A DNA stretch of 64,000 bases from Trichoplax adhaerens. Its lineage: Eukaryota > Animalia > Placozoa. Location: assembly GCF_000150275.1 (NCBI RefSeq), contig NW_002060946.1, positions 1,450,202 through 1,514,201 of the forward strand, given 5' to 3'. The notes below the pieces were generated by a model, which did not search any database, had not been told where the DNA came from, and saw only the letters and a list, made by a program, of their open reading frames with translations. Made by a program: the position numbers and the translations under genes. This document shows, piece by piece, positions 15,222 through 28,145 of this stretch (its first letter is position 1; each line of letters begins with the position of its first letter).

Positions 15222-16246
15222 ACCAGCGTAGAACGCAATCCACTGCAGTATCTTCTCGATGGCAACCATGGATGGATTGTACTATACACTGAAGAGTAGT
15301 AAACTATTAAAACATTGATATAGGACTTCAGAGCGAGATTTGATTCCATTTTTAGTATTAAAATCTACATTTAAAAAGAAAATGGACATTTCAAGATTGC
15401 TCATCTTGCCATCAACGTTCTCGCTGTTTGATCGTCCATTAATAAGGCAACCATGGATGGATTGTACTATATACTGAACAGTAGTAAACTATTAAAACAT
15501 TGATATAAGACCCAGAGTGGGATTTGCTTCCATTTTTAGTAATAAAATCTAAAAACTACATTTAAAAAGAAAATGAACATTTCAAGATTGCTCATCTTGC
15601 TATCAACGTTCTCGCTGTTTGATCGTCCATTAATAAGGCAACCATAGATGGATTGTACTATATACTGAACAGTAGTAAACTATTAAAACATTGATATAAG
15701 ACCCAGAGTGGGATTTGCTTCCATTTTTAGTAATAAAATCTAAAAACTACATTTAAAAAGAAAATGAACATTTCAAGATTGCTCATCTTGCCATCAACGT
15801 TCTCGCTGTTTTATCGTCCATTAATAAGGCAACCATAGATGGATTGTACTATACACGGAACAGTAGTAAACTATTAAAACATTCATATAAGACCCAGAGT
15901 GGGATTTGCTTCCATTTTTAGTATTAAAATCTAAAATCTACATTTAAAAAGAAAATGAACATTTCAAGATTGCTCATCTTGCCATCAACATTCTCGCTGT
16001 TTGATCGTCCATTAGACCGTATACCAGCGCAGAACGCAATCCACTGCAGTATCTTCTCTATGGCAACGATGGATGGATTGTACTATACACTGAAGAGTAG
16101 TAAACTACTAAAACATTCATATAGGACTAGAGTGAAATTTGTTTCCATTTTTAGTATTAAAATCTACATTTAAAAAGAAAATGGTCATTTCAAGATTGCT
16201 CATCTTGCCATCAATATTCTCGCTGTTTGATCGTCCAGTAGACCGT
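15222..16246. repeat. Tandem array of 5 units (about 185-191 bp core)
   Basis: Units starting ggcaac..atggattgtactata begin at 15261, 15446, 15637, 15828 and 16062. Units 1 and 5 share an extra 5' block ccagcg..cgcaatccactgcagtatcttctc. Confidence 0.95.
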
Positions 16247-16408
16247 GTGTATAACTTGTTTATCGGATGCGATTGTACTAATATGGATGTGATACATTGA
16301 GTAATCTATGCTGCTGCATCACGGTAAAGGACATTCTCACTTTATTCGTCACATAGATGACAACAGAACAACGAAGAAGTAACCAGAAAATTAGTAATTC
16401 TGGTTAGC

Positions 16409-16611
16409 CTTAATGCACTTATTTGTTAGTCAGAGAAACTTCTATAGAGTAGATTTGTGTTGGTTAAACTTGTTGTGGTAGTGATGGAATACTTAACATG
16501 ATCTTACTAGTCTTAATGCACTTATTTGTTACTCTGAGAAACTTCTATAAAGTTGGGTTGTGTTAGTTGAGCTTATTGTGGTAGTGGTGGAATGCTTAAC
16601 ATGATCTTACT
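16409..16611. repeat. Tandem duplication, 2 x 103 bp
   Basis: cttaatgcacttatttgtta..cttaacatgatcttact starts at 16409 and 16512. A short inverted repeat taaccagaa/ttctggtta (16380-16406) precedes it. Confidence 0.9.
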
Positions 16612-19600
16612 TATCAGAAACCATGAATGGCAGTATCATGATTTCCCTCGATGTGGCTGTTGTTAAATCTACCCAGGATAATGATAGAGCCAAGGTGAAC
16701 AAGAATCTTGAGATACTTGTAGCAGGGCTTACTACTGCATAGACAGACGGGTACGTATAGTAGGCTGGATTGGATGTTTATTGATCTAGCAATGGCGTAA
16801 CCACTCACAATATTGTATTTTAAAAATTTTGATCCTTAAGTACCCTATCCTTCTCACAGTATGACGCATTGGGATGGTCATGACTTTTTCTGCCATATTA
16901 GACATTCACCAGAAGAGAAATCAGGATGCTTGATCGTAATTCATGTTGAACCCTTCAACATCGCTTTACTCTAAACCTTGTGAAGATTGTGAAGACGCCA
17001 AGAAATCCAACATGAAGTGTAGATTGTACACTAGATCACAGTTAAACTACCCTGTACATGGAGATGGAGACGAAACCTTTTATTGGAAGTAATGCATGTC
17101 GTATTATATGAAGTTAAAGTACACTACACTACAAGCCAATTCGCACTAAAATAATCCGTCATGTGAATACAATACGTATATATGTTGACACAGTATGATC
17201 CACCTTTCGAATAAAAACAATTTTATTGACCCTAAAGAATTCTTTAGACGCAGAAATACTGTAGACAACTAAGTATGAGTATTCTACTGGGGTTGTACTA
17301 TAATAAGGAGATTCGTGAAAAGAAACGATGCCGTTTTGGTGTACTACATGTACTGTATACTGCATGTCTAGATAAGCAAAGTAGTATCTACAGTATTTCC
17401 AAAATCGTCCCGCTGATCGCACTGTTCCTGGCTCAATAAATAAATAACTTTCACCTTGTGAATTCTTAATTGGGGATGCATGGAACAATGATCACTTCAT
17501 ATTGCGATGTGTGTAAACTGTATGCACTTTAGCATCGACTGGATAAGACCCTTGCAGTGACAAATTGCATTCAGAGTACGGTATAGTTACCGTGAAATCT
17601 GACAATTTTTATGGGAGCATCTACAAGATCCAACATATCTCTCTAACATCACATCTTGATATTTTAGCTTTGAAATGGTGGTATACGGTGTGAAAGGATA
17701 CGAATAATAGAATGATCGGTAATGTTGTAATCTTTTAGCTTACCAGATAAATCTGGAGATAGGCTACAGTACAATATGCAATCTACGAAATCTTCTGTTT
17801 TCGCTACTGATTTCTTTACATTTGCTATTATATATAAATTATTGAACATGTGGTTAATCCTTTTAATTAAAATCTCAATCACTATTCTCTAAAGTGAAAA
17901 AGCACTGCGCAGCCTGTTGACAAACGGCTTATTCAGAGACTACTCCATTAAAACTAAATAAACTAGGTTGATTGATGGCCGCTTTGCTTACCATTTCCTC
18001 GCCATTTGCTCCATGCTTGTAGTTGCACTGGCTGCTTAGCTGATTAGTCCTCAACCTAGCGACGTGACTAAAGGCGAAGCTTTAACTTTACAAACTGTAG
18101 ATTAGAGTGTAGTTGCATCATATAGAAACTTTTGATCCTACTTGATTCACTTTTTTTACATCACTATATTTGCTATGCCAGCACTTGACAATAGTTCATG
18201 TGCTCCATTTTTCAGTACTTGAGCTTGCAAGAATCCTTATTTTATACGACATATTTTGGGGGGTAAAGCTATCATTGCCTAGGGCATCCACGAATATCCC
18301 GTACGCGTACTTTGCCGATATACGCTCGTACAGTATCGCTTCCTACCTTCAAATCCAAGAGTATTCATATCAATGCTCTACATCAACTTCTCTATTAAAT
18401 GAGTCGCATATAACGAGAAATACTGTACAGCATTTTCTTTTCACTGCTGCTCTATACGACCAAGGTGTATAACCAAGAGTAAATGAAAGTGATCGCATAG
18501 TTCGCCTACTGTATCTTGATAGAGGCTAGAATTGATGATGCAAATTACGACATAATAATAGATCTTCTTCGGTTATTATTTTATTTTATTAACGATGTTT
18601 CAAGTCATGCATTGGTAATAGAAATCTCAAGATTGACGTGATCATGAATTAATAAAATACATAATCATTGTACTATACTCTACTGTTTGTTTGAGTTAAA
18701 GACTTTCTCAAGTTTAATTAATAAAATTCTTTAAAAGGATACCTTCATATATTTACAGTTTAATGATAGATTCTTACTTATTGACTAATGAGATTACAAT
18801 GATCATTACAATGAATAACTAGAAAAAAGCTGAATACTGTATTTTAACTTCAAAGTTTCATGAATAATTTCGAACATTAGGAAAATACTATACTTTAATT
18901 TAAAACGTGGAATCAATGCAGTGATATGATGAATGCTGGCAGGTGTCCTCGTTACGCTTTATATTTTTAGCCTATCAATTAGCTAGATCTCTGAAACGAA
19001 CATTTTACCCTTATTACAAGTATTTGACGCGTATTACCTTCCTATTTTAAGTATTTGAACCATAAATTCAACATTACATTCGGGCGAAAATTTTGTTTAC
19101 CTCACAATTCTCTCATAACTACAGCCAGGATAGTAAAAATTTCCTTCCTCGTTACTTGCACATAAGCTGCTTTTCTACTATAATTACCAGCGAGATCGAA
19201 ATGATATTAAGCTTCAATATTTTTAGTTTTTATACCGTATAAGTAATCCTACATTGAAATACCTATCAACTACCTTTGGTCAATTTCTGCTAGTATAGGA
19301 TGCCACAGCATGCTTTTTCATAAATTACGTCTGATGTTTCACTGAAACAACATGGGAAATTTCCTAGTCAAATTGACGATAACACTCTTTTATTTTGTAT
19401 AAGCATACATATAAACGACAGCATTTATATATTTTATTTTATAACTGTAAGCAATCATGACAAGAATAAATCACAAACTATGACGTACAGTCTAAATTAT
19501 CACATGCAATTTGTCTTACCATGATATTACTGTGCTAGACGCTGGGGCATTCCTCTCCATTAAAATGATAAAAAGTGCAGATGCTAATGTCACTCAAAAT

Positions 19601-21101
19601 ACGCGTATGCACGTTGTAAAGAGCACGTACTGGAGGGATTAAGACTTGTAAAACTATTATTAATTTTTTGATGTCTACCTTCATTTCGATTGTCTGTACT
19701 CCTCCTATTTCCATAATGAAGAGAGCTGCGCAGAGTTTACGCATCGTCTGAAAGTAAAGCGAATTCTAACCAATACGTGAATAGGGCATAACATTAATAT
19801 CATACAATGTTTTGACTGATTTGATAAATATTTATTATTCTCTTGTACTGGAAATCGCATTTGCAAATGACCATTGAACTGCTTACAGTGTTTCCGGTTT
19901 TGCCTTACTGACACAAAGATTAGACGCAACTGCGTAAAAGTTCCTAGTTCTAAATTTTATTGTTCGAATACACATTGATGAATATCAGATAAAGCTAAAT
20001 ACATTAGATAAAATTAGATAATAATTGTATGATCAACCACAGCACTAATGTTGTATTCCAACCTTGGCTGCATGGGGTATACGTGTATGCGAGTATAAAT
20101 AACTGATCGATTCTAACTGCCTTGCGTTACTTAATTCTTCAAATCTCCTTGATTGTATCATTCTTACATCGGTCTCCTTCTCGTCTTTAATAATTCACTC
20201 AATTACCTTGTGCATTTCTAAAAACCAGAGTGATGCTAAATGTCAATGACGGTATAAGTAATATTGACTAAATCCATGTCTATTTTATAACGCTATTATT
20301 TTGACAATGCTTACATATTTTTGCTGCTATCCATGTCTGAGAACTCGTTTTTAAGTTGATGCCATCATCTTTACTACTGGTACATCAAGATTAATGATTA
20401 CATGCAATTTTAATTTAAATTTCTAGCATTTTCACACATGTTTTTGTCGATCAATTTTATTACCAAGCATTTTATCATTTATAAATTGTATTATATCCAT
20501 CCTATATACTGTAGCCACCGCGTGATACCGCAGATTTAAGATTTAAAGTTCTGTACATACGCGTTGGATAAATTCGTACGTTGTAAACTAATATACTGTA
20601 CTGTGCGTATTTTTATTATGCTCCACCAAAAAAATTGTTTGAATGTCATATTAGACCACCGTCGATAGTACCCATTTTTCTATACAAGTTTGTAGGCTAT
20701 CAGCAGATCTTATACTCACTAATTTCTCGTAAAAAAGTGTACGGTCCATAACCTTCTTCGATAAAGTAATTAGTAACGATATTCTTGTAAAGTCGTGATA
20801 CCAATAATTTTTTTACTTTATCGTTACCAAATACTTTACAGAATATCTACTTATATGGATATCAAATATAATGTTGTTGTCCATAGAATAAAGGATAATG
20901 CCTTTTAAAACCTTAACATATCATAAGCAATACAGTATATGGCTTTATTATCAAGAAATACGGTATAAAATACATGTTAATCGAAAAGTTATATTGTTTT
21001 TTTTATTACAACAAAGGAATATCCGTGATATGTGATAATAAGAAATCCTTGAATTACCAATGTTGTATAATAGTAATTGTTGTTTTATTTTTAATTGTTA
21101 G

Positions 21102-24034
21102 GTTTATTCTCTTTTATCTTCCCTCTATTACTTTTAATAATCATCACGGTGATTAAAGTGTTATGGAAAGCTGAGAAACGAAGTATTAATCGACAGCACG
21201 ATTTCAAAGACCAACAATTAAATTCAGATCAAATTGTCTGTGAAAGTAGTCCCAAAATTTCATCAACATTACAAGAAGAGCAGCAATTCTCAATTGACAC
21301 CGAATGTAATAGTACTGATTGCCAATTAGCAACAAATGCGCCCATGAGTTCTTCCTATAGATTACTCGACGAAAAGTCAAATACAGAAGAAAGGATAACA
21401 TCTACAACTGTAGAAGAATACGCTGATAATCCAATCTATGCTAATAAAGAGTTGCTAAGAAGAGATTACTTTCAAAAAGTTAGCCCACAGGATGAAATAT
21501 GTGAGCAAGTTATCATTGACAATCAGGAGTCATCCTGCTTAAATTGGACTGACTTATTTCAAAATTTTAGTGATCGATCCATTGAAGAGCTAAATGATAT
21601 TGAAGCTGATACAATGAATAAAATTGAACGTCGCGGTAAAGACTCTAGTGCTTCGACAACTAATAGTAGTAATAGAAATAGTAATCAGCGCTCACGCCGA
21701 GTAATTACTAGTAGTAAAGTTGTTCCAAAACACGAAGAAGTCTCCCAAGGTAGCCATACAATAAATTCTAATTTAGAAAATCGAAAAACTAGGAACATCT
21801 CTCGCAATTCTGGTCACGAATATCGCCAGCAGCGATCAATCTCAAGTGAACGAAACATACATTCTAGAAAGAAATCAAATGCACAACATGAACATTCATC
21901 GGAACCGATTCGTCGTCAAGATAGTGAGCAAATAGATAGTGATGGCCAGATGAAGTGGGATCGAGTTCAACAGTGGGTCGAGGAAGAACGGCGTATAGAC
22001 CAAAATGAGTGGATTAAGGAGGAAGATTGGGAGGCTTGCGATCCAGGAAAAGAGAGCAGTGAGTGCGAGCCAGACGTATGCGATGAAATCTCATGTGATA
22101 GTCGTAGTATAACTTCTTCTAATAATTCTAGTGTGAATCATAGAAAGTTACTACATCAGTTACAGACTACTAACGCTGCAGCTACACGTCATAAGATTCC
22201 TCCTACGGTGAATAGTGAAAATCGAGTCGGAAGTAATTTTATCGAGAAACAACATAAAATAATGACTTCTAGTTCAGCTGTTGTGCCATTATCAAGTGAA
22301 AGTAACGAGAATTCAGCCATTAAGAGTAATAATGTAACTTTTGTATTGTCAAGAAAAGTTTCAGACACGGATGCAAAAGTACAAGATGAAAGTGAGAGTT
22401 TGACGAGCTATAGTAGTAGCAGTAGTAGAAATTCTAAAATACCTAGAAGAATCGAAAGTGTGGATAGTAATAAGAAAGCATCAGATCAACCAAGCAGTGG
22501 TGGTGATATGGTAGAAAAAGAGTGCGACTATAAAGAACTGCGTAATGTTATAAGTAAATATTTCGTTGACTCTACAGAAATGGTTGAATTAGGAAGGAAG
22601 ATAGTGAATTTTGTTACCGCAAAAAGTAAAATCTCATCTTATCCTGAATTTGATGATGTTGAGTTAGCATTGAACCGAATGTGCAATAGCGAATTTAAAG
22701 ACGAGCAAAGAGTAAGAATACGTAAATAAAATATCTATAAAACTATTTGTTGGTTTAATATTAGACTTGTTAACTGTTAAATATTATATTTTTACCTTTA
22801 CTAATTACAAGTTCACTTTATAGAAAATTTTATCTAAAATTGGAGGTAAAGACGTGTTAAAGCCTTTATTAGAGTCCAAAAATGAAAACTTACGTAAGAC
22901 TACGCTTAAAGCGATGTCAATACAAGCAATTAATGATGAAGACCTTGATACAGTCAAGGTATAGCATAATGCTTCATTTATGTACAAATCTTAACTTCAT
23001 CTTTTGCTTTGTTTCATTTTGATAATGTAAAAACCAATGATTGTCAATATGTAACATTTTAATATCCATGAACAAAAAGGTGGTGATTTCGCATATTCAG
23101 CAATGGACAAAATCTGATGTTAATCATTCCAATCAAGACATGCAGATGGTTGCTACAAGTGCTTTACTTAACTTATCAACATGTCGTACTTTTCATTCAA
23201 GTATTATTAGTTGTATTCCATACCTACTTGATATGGTTGAATCATCGGTTAAGCCTATGCAGGTACAGCATTATGATAATATTTATACACAATCTAAACT
23301 GCTTTATGCATACATACATATGAAATCTTAATCAGGCTACAGTACCGAATATAGGACTAGAACTAACGTAATAATTAATTTTATTTTAAGTTGCACGCAC
23401 TATTGGTTTTACTCATATTTTCTTGGAACATCAACAATATTATCCACTTGGTTGAGCATCAGGTAATTATTGGCATTGAAGAAAATTCACATCGACTTCT
23501 TTACCTTCCAATTTTTTCATAGAAACGATAACATATATCTTTGATGCAGTTTTGCTTACCATACATTTTCAATTATAATTGTGTTATTGCAGACTTTAAA
23601 GAGAATATCAACGTGGTTAAAGATAGATACAGATGAAGAGTTGCTTTTAAGAATTGTTACCTTAGTTACGAGCTTACTAGAGGGTCTTAGGCATTTTTTA
23701 AGACAAGTACCGACACCACTACGGACTCGAAGAGCACGAACGGGAAATAAAGCCGTAGAAAGCAGTGAATCTAAATACAGACAACTTCGTACTTTATTGC
23801 GGGATATATTAGTAAGTAATATAATTTTATAGCTACTTCGCTAACCTAAAAAGTTTGCAAAATAATTCTAAAAAATGTAACTTGATATTTCTTTAGTTTT
23901 GTACACCTGGACTTCACGATAGCTTATGGGAACTAAATCAACATAGTAACCGTGACATCCATCGTCAAGCTACAAGAGGTCGCTTAACTCTGAATTACCT
24001 ATTATCCTTGCATTGCAGTATGACTGTCTCTTGA
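21102..24034 (+). CDS. ARMC10/ARMCX-like protein: N-terminal TM helix, about 480 aa low-complexity linker, C-terminal Arm_2 armadillo domain; start exon unresolved
   Basis: The 1.6 kb exon begins GLFSFIFPLLLLIIITVIKVLWK. Later exons KILSKIGGKDVLKPLL..LRKTTLKAMS, MQMVATSALLNLS, LHALLVLLIFS and DEELLLRIVTLV parallel the ARMC10 segments IRELGGIPIV..KEKALNAL, VQLAGLTLLTNMT and KEILLRVLTLF as I recall them. TGA at 24032-24034. Confidence 0.72.
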
Positions 24035-26190
24035 AGATTTCGGGCTTACTCGTAGATATTTTAAGCCCTAAGGCCTTGGAAGCTTTGCTTGTTAACGCTT
24101 TATCAATAAATTATTCAGATGATACATCTGTACACAATACTTGTTAAAGTACTACAGTTCATTGTGTAAATCCATTGCAGCAATTTACTTTTCCTGTTTA
24201 GGATAAGTTTTTATAGATTGTTCTAATATGTGTAGCATGTACAATTAATGTAACTAGAATAATTTTCGTTTGACTGTACAAGACATACGGGTAATCTTAC
24301 AGTTAAAACTGGATGTGTAGTACATATATAATTGACATAAATAGAGCTAAACTTGAATTATATTTTTTACAGTCCCTCTCGCAATAATTGCAATAATGTT
24401 AATATGGTACGATAACTTCGTATAAGCTTTACGGCCTAAGCCTGGTGACATTATTTGCGAATTAATTAATTTATGCCATGCAATAACTATCTTGATTTTA
24501 TACTTTCATGCAATTTTGCCATTGTGAGATTTCAATTTTATGCTGGCTGGAATAGTACGAGTCTACCATTGCTGCTCCATAAATCTCAAAATAGTTGTAA
24601 TGAAATTGCGATAATACAGTGCTATCATTTATTTAAAAAGCATGTTATTTCGTATGTAGGACATGTATGAAACCAATCGCTAACTAATTTACACGATTTT
24701 TGATGATCATTTCATCGTTTGCTATGAAATTTTTTCTTATGTTATAATTGCCGTATATTTTGTATATTCGTGTCTTGCTATTCCTACCATATATACGTAC
24801 GAGATATGATAAATTGCTGACATTTCCAATTTTTATTTAAAATATAGTTTAAATAGCAGTGAAAAATGATGCTTTAAAGTATTGCATACCTGTAATAATG
24901 GCGATACGAGTATACTATTATGTACAGTATATAATTAACTCTAACTAATTATTAAGGCAACACTTTTTAACTTAATCGAATTCTATTTTGCTTTGCGCCT
25001 AAGTTTTGATAAAACAACTTTAAGTATTGAATATATCTTTCTCAAGTGATGCATGGTGCAGCATAACTCCTGCGGTAGAAATTAAAATTATCCTTTGTTT
25101 TAAAGTCAAATCATCTGCGTACATGTATTATATAGTATATATTTATATACTGTATTTGCAGTATTTCTGATTGGTAATGTGGCAACCACGACATTTATCT
25201 AAAATTTAAAGCTCCAAAATATGTTGTAAACATTAATAAATGAACTGCTTTGCTGATGAATCATTGCATCTATCAAATATATAATCTAATACGACTGCCG
25301 CTCTTGTAAAGAAAAATTATATAATGTTGTATTATTAGTGACCTACGTGTGATTAAAATGTCCATAGAAAAGAAATAACAAAAATACTGATTTTGTGGTA
25401 GCGGAAACAAGTTTATTCGCATATATCTGCATTCAGATTGTATACTGTACGCATGATAATATACTTGTATATCTTAGTCAAAGTAGAATAACTGATCAAT
25501 GGCAATTCATTATTAGTTAATTTGCGTACAATTACAATTTCAGTTATAGCTTGTTACCGCTGGAAATGCTCATAGGAGATTTTAATGTTTATTACTATCA
25601 CGCACAATTCCTATCCATTATAATTTGCAACCATTTCACATTAACTCGTCACAATAGGATAGCTAAAATAACTCCTGCAAAAATGGAATACTATACATTT
25701 ATAATATTATACAATTAGATTTAATATTTCTTTTCAAATATTACTTAAACACGTTAATTCATAGCATGAAGTTTTTAGTAAATTTTATCATCATTCGGTG
25801 ATCTATATAAATACATTCTAGATGATATCAAAGACAGTTTCCAGTCTAGCTATATGCGGATTTTGATTAAACATTACTTGATAGAACACAGTAATATAAA
25901 TTAAAACATCGAATTCATTTGCATGTACACTGCAACCAAGTAAGATATCATTACCAGCAATTTTAACCAAATTGATTTCCTCCACTTGCTATTTCGCATT
26001 CGGTGATTGTTTACTGATAGTGAAAATTAGCAAAATTCTTAGTAAAAGCTTATACTATTTGCAATAAACTTATATACATACAATTTCTAATGCACAAGTA
26101 AAATAATGAATAATCCTGACGCAGATGATGGTATTTTATAGTATTCACGCAGACATTTGGAGGAACTTAAAGTACACGATTGAAGTCAAC

Positions 26191-27413
26191 TCACGTGTCA
26201 GTGAAGGCAAATTTGTCCTTAACACACTGCAAAATTTCCTCTGGATCCTTGCCTTGGATATTCAGTGTTTTCATATTACCATCATCTTATACCGTAATAT
26301 ATGAAGATACACGTTAGATATAAAGTCTAGCTTTTAACTTTCTACAATTACTTGCACTGTAAGAATAAGCTATCAGTTAAGGTAAGCGGAGTTAAGAATT
26401 ATTACAGTTGGATGTTTGACTCAGCTCACTAATTTATATATAGAAATTATGCAATCGCTTCTCGTGGACTGCATATTACTCTATGCATGTTATCTCAAAC
26501 AGGGATAGGCAATACCGCGGTAGATTGAAAATCGTTAGGTATACTTTTGGAATAGCTTGAGTTTGCTGCATAGCTTATAGTATGAATTAAAGTATAGTTT
26601 AGGGTATACGTGTAGTAGACCTATTACATCCCTGATCTCAAAGGTAGGTACAATTTTCTGTATACTATGGTACATAAAAAGTCATTGGCCTCATTTTATA
26701 TAAGCCCATAGGCAAGAAATAGATAATTAGATTGAAGAAATCAGCCTTATACCACTACAACAAACTTACTTAGTTCAACAACGATAGCGGATACATCGCC
26801 TTTACTTTTAGAGAATAGAACGCTAGGATTATGAAATTTTAGCTGAGGAACTTTGTCATAGTAAAAATACCTGCAAGAATGCATTATCAAAGTTAGAGAA
26901 AATGAAACAAACCGAGCTCAAGTCGATCATATATAAACATGTCTAAAGTATCACAGCGTCGATACTCAATGTAAAAATCGATACAATATAACAAGATGCA
27001 GCAACAAGTCCTCGACCACTTGCATCATTACAATGGATGCATAGCAATTTTACATCAAGTAGCAATAGTAATTATTTAAAAATAAGGGTACATATATTGC
27101 ATATGCAGCCAGAGTTGTATTCCGTTGCTGGTGATGAGAGGAGTATTTAAGAATGCTATACGAGTATAAGCAGTAGGATAAACGATCTTCAACACATACA
27201 GTACACACTCTTATTGTCCCATTTTTAAGCATACGCGTACATGAAGAATACTTGCCTAGCTCCAAATGATCCTCGACTATTCCGTCCTGCTACTATTTTC
27301 ATTTGTTGGACATTCTCATTCAGTAGTACTTTATCGCTATTTAAATGCTGGAATGACCTTTTGATGGCTGCTCTTCCAAGACGTGGTAATTTATTAGCAC
27401 TTCTAGTCGCCAT
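26191..27413 (-). CDS. L51/S25/CI-B8-domain mitochondrial protein, 117 aa, mL61(Mrp49)/mS25-like paralogue without the Cys tail
   Basis: Exons 27413-27256, 26870-26770 and 26285-26191 (354 nt, open frame) give MATRSANKLPRLGRAAIKRSFQHLNSDKVLLNENVQQMKIVAGRNSRGSFGARYFYYDKVPQLKFHNPSVLFSKSKGDVSAIVVELNDGNMKTLNIQGKDPEEILQCVKDKFAFTDT*. It has the family motif GARxF....PQLKFHNP, a basic presequence-like N-terminus and a GC-AG first intron. Confidence 0.85.
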
Positions 27414-28145
27414 GACAGCAGCTCTTCGATTCACCTCCTTGCTGGTCCTTCGATCAGTGATTATACCTCCAAAGTAGCGCTACCTAACAGTCTATCAACG
27501 TCTAAACAATTCTCTACTGCTTTATCGTTGTAGAATTAACACATCTGTCCAATACTAGCTGGGCTACAAATGTTTCTTTCAGATTAAGCAATGACGACCA
27601 TACGGACATGGAAGAGTGGAGGCAGAACTCGAAGGAGCTTGCTGAGGAAGAGGCTCGCGGTTACCCACGCATCATAAAAGGTTTTACTATGGAAGACCTG
27701 GTAGTGGACGGGCAGTAAGCTTGACCATACTACACTTTATTGCCATACAGAACCCTATTAGAATATTAAGAAAGCTGTGTGGCCAGGTGCGTGGGGTGCA
27801 GTAGCGACCAGTGTTATGCCGTAAACTGCTTACTGTATAGGGTATAGGAAGGTACAGGGGCTGTAAAATACATTGTCATGCCCTTATCTGGTAATGACAA
27901 AGGAAGTCGTATGTGTATCGTGTTGAAAAGAGACGAGAAGGTCTCTAAAGGGCGACAACTTGTTTTGCACATTTTAGGTATAGAGTTAGTGTTACGTACC
28001 GAACAGATCTGTACGAAAATCGCCCATGCCTTAGACTGGACAGACTGTGGACAGACGAGAGCCTACAGCTCATTCCATGCTCTCTATCCAAGGGGCCACT
28101 TGCAGCGCTCAGCCATAACTTCAAACTCAAATTATTGATAGAAAA

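Noticed and set aside
15222-16246. CRISPR-like array
   Set aside because: The whole unit of about 190 bp is repeated, with no unique spacers and no cas genes, in a eukaryotic context.
20050-20220. In-frame TGA as selenocysteine in a minus-strand segment
   Set aside because: No redox motif or SECIS was seen and the gene model itself is unsupported.
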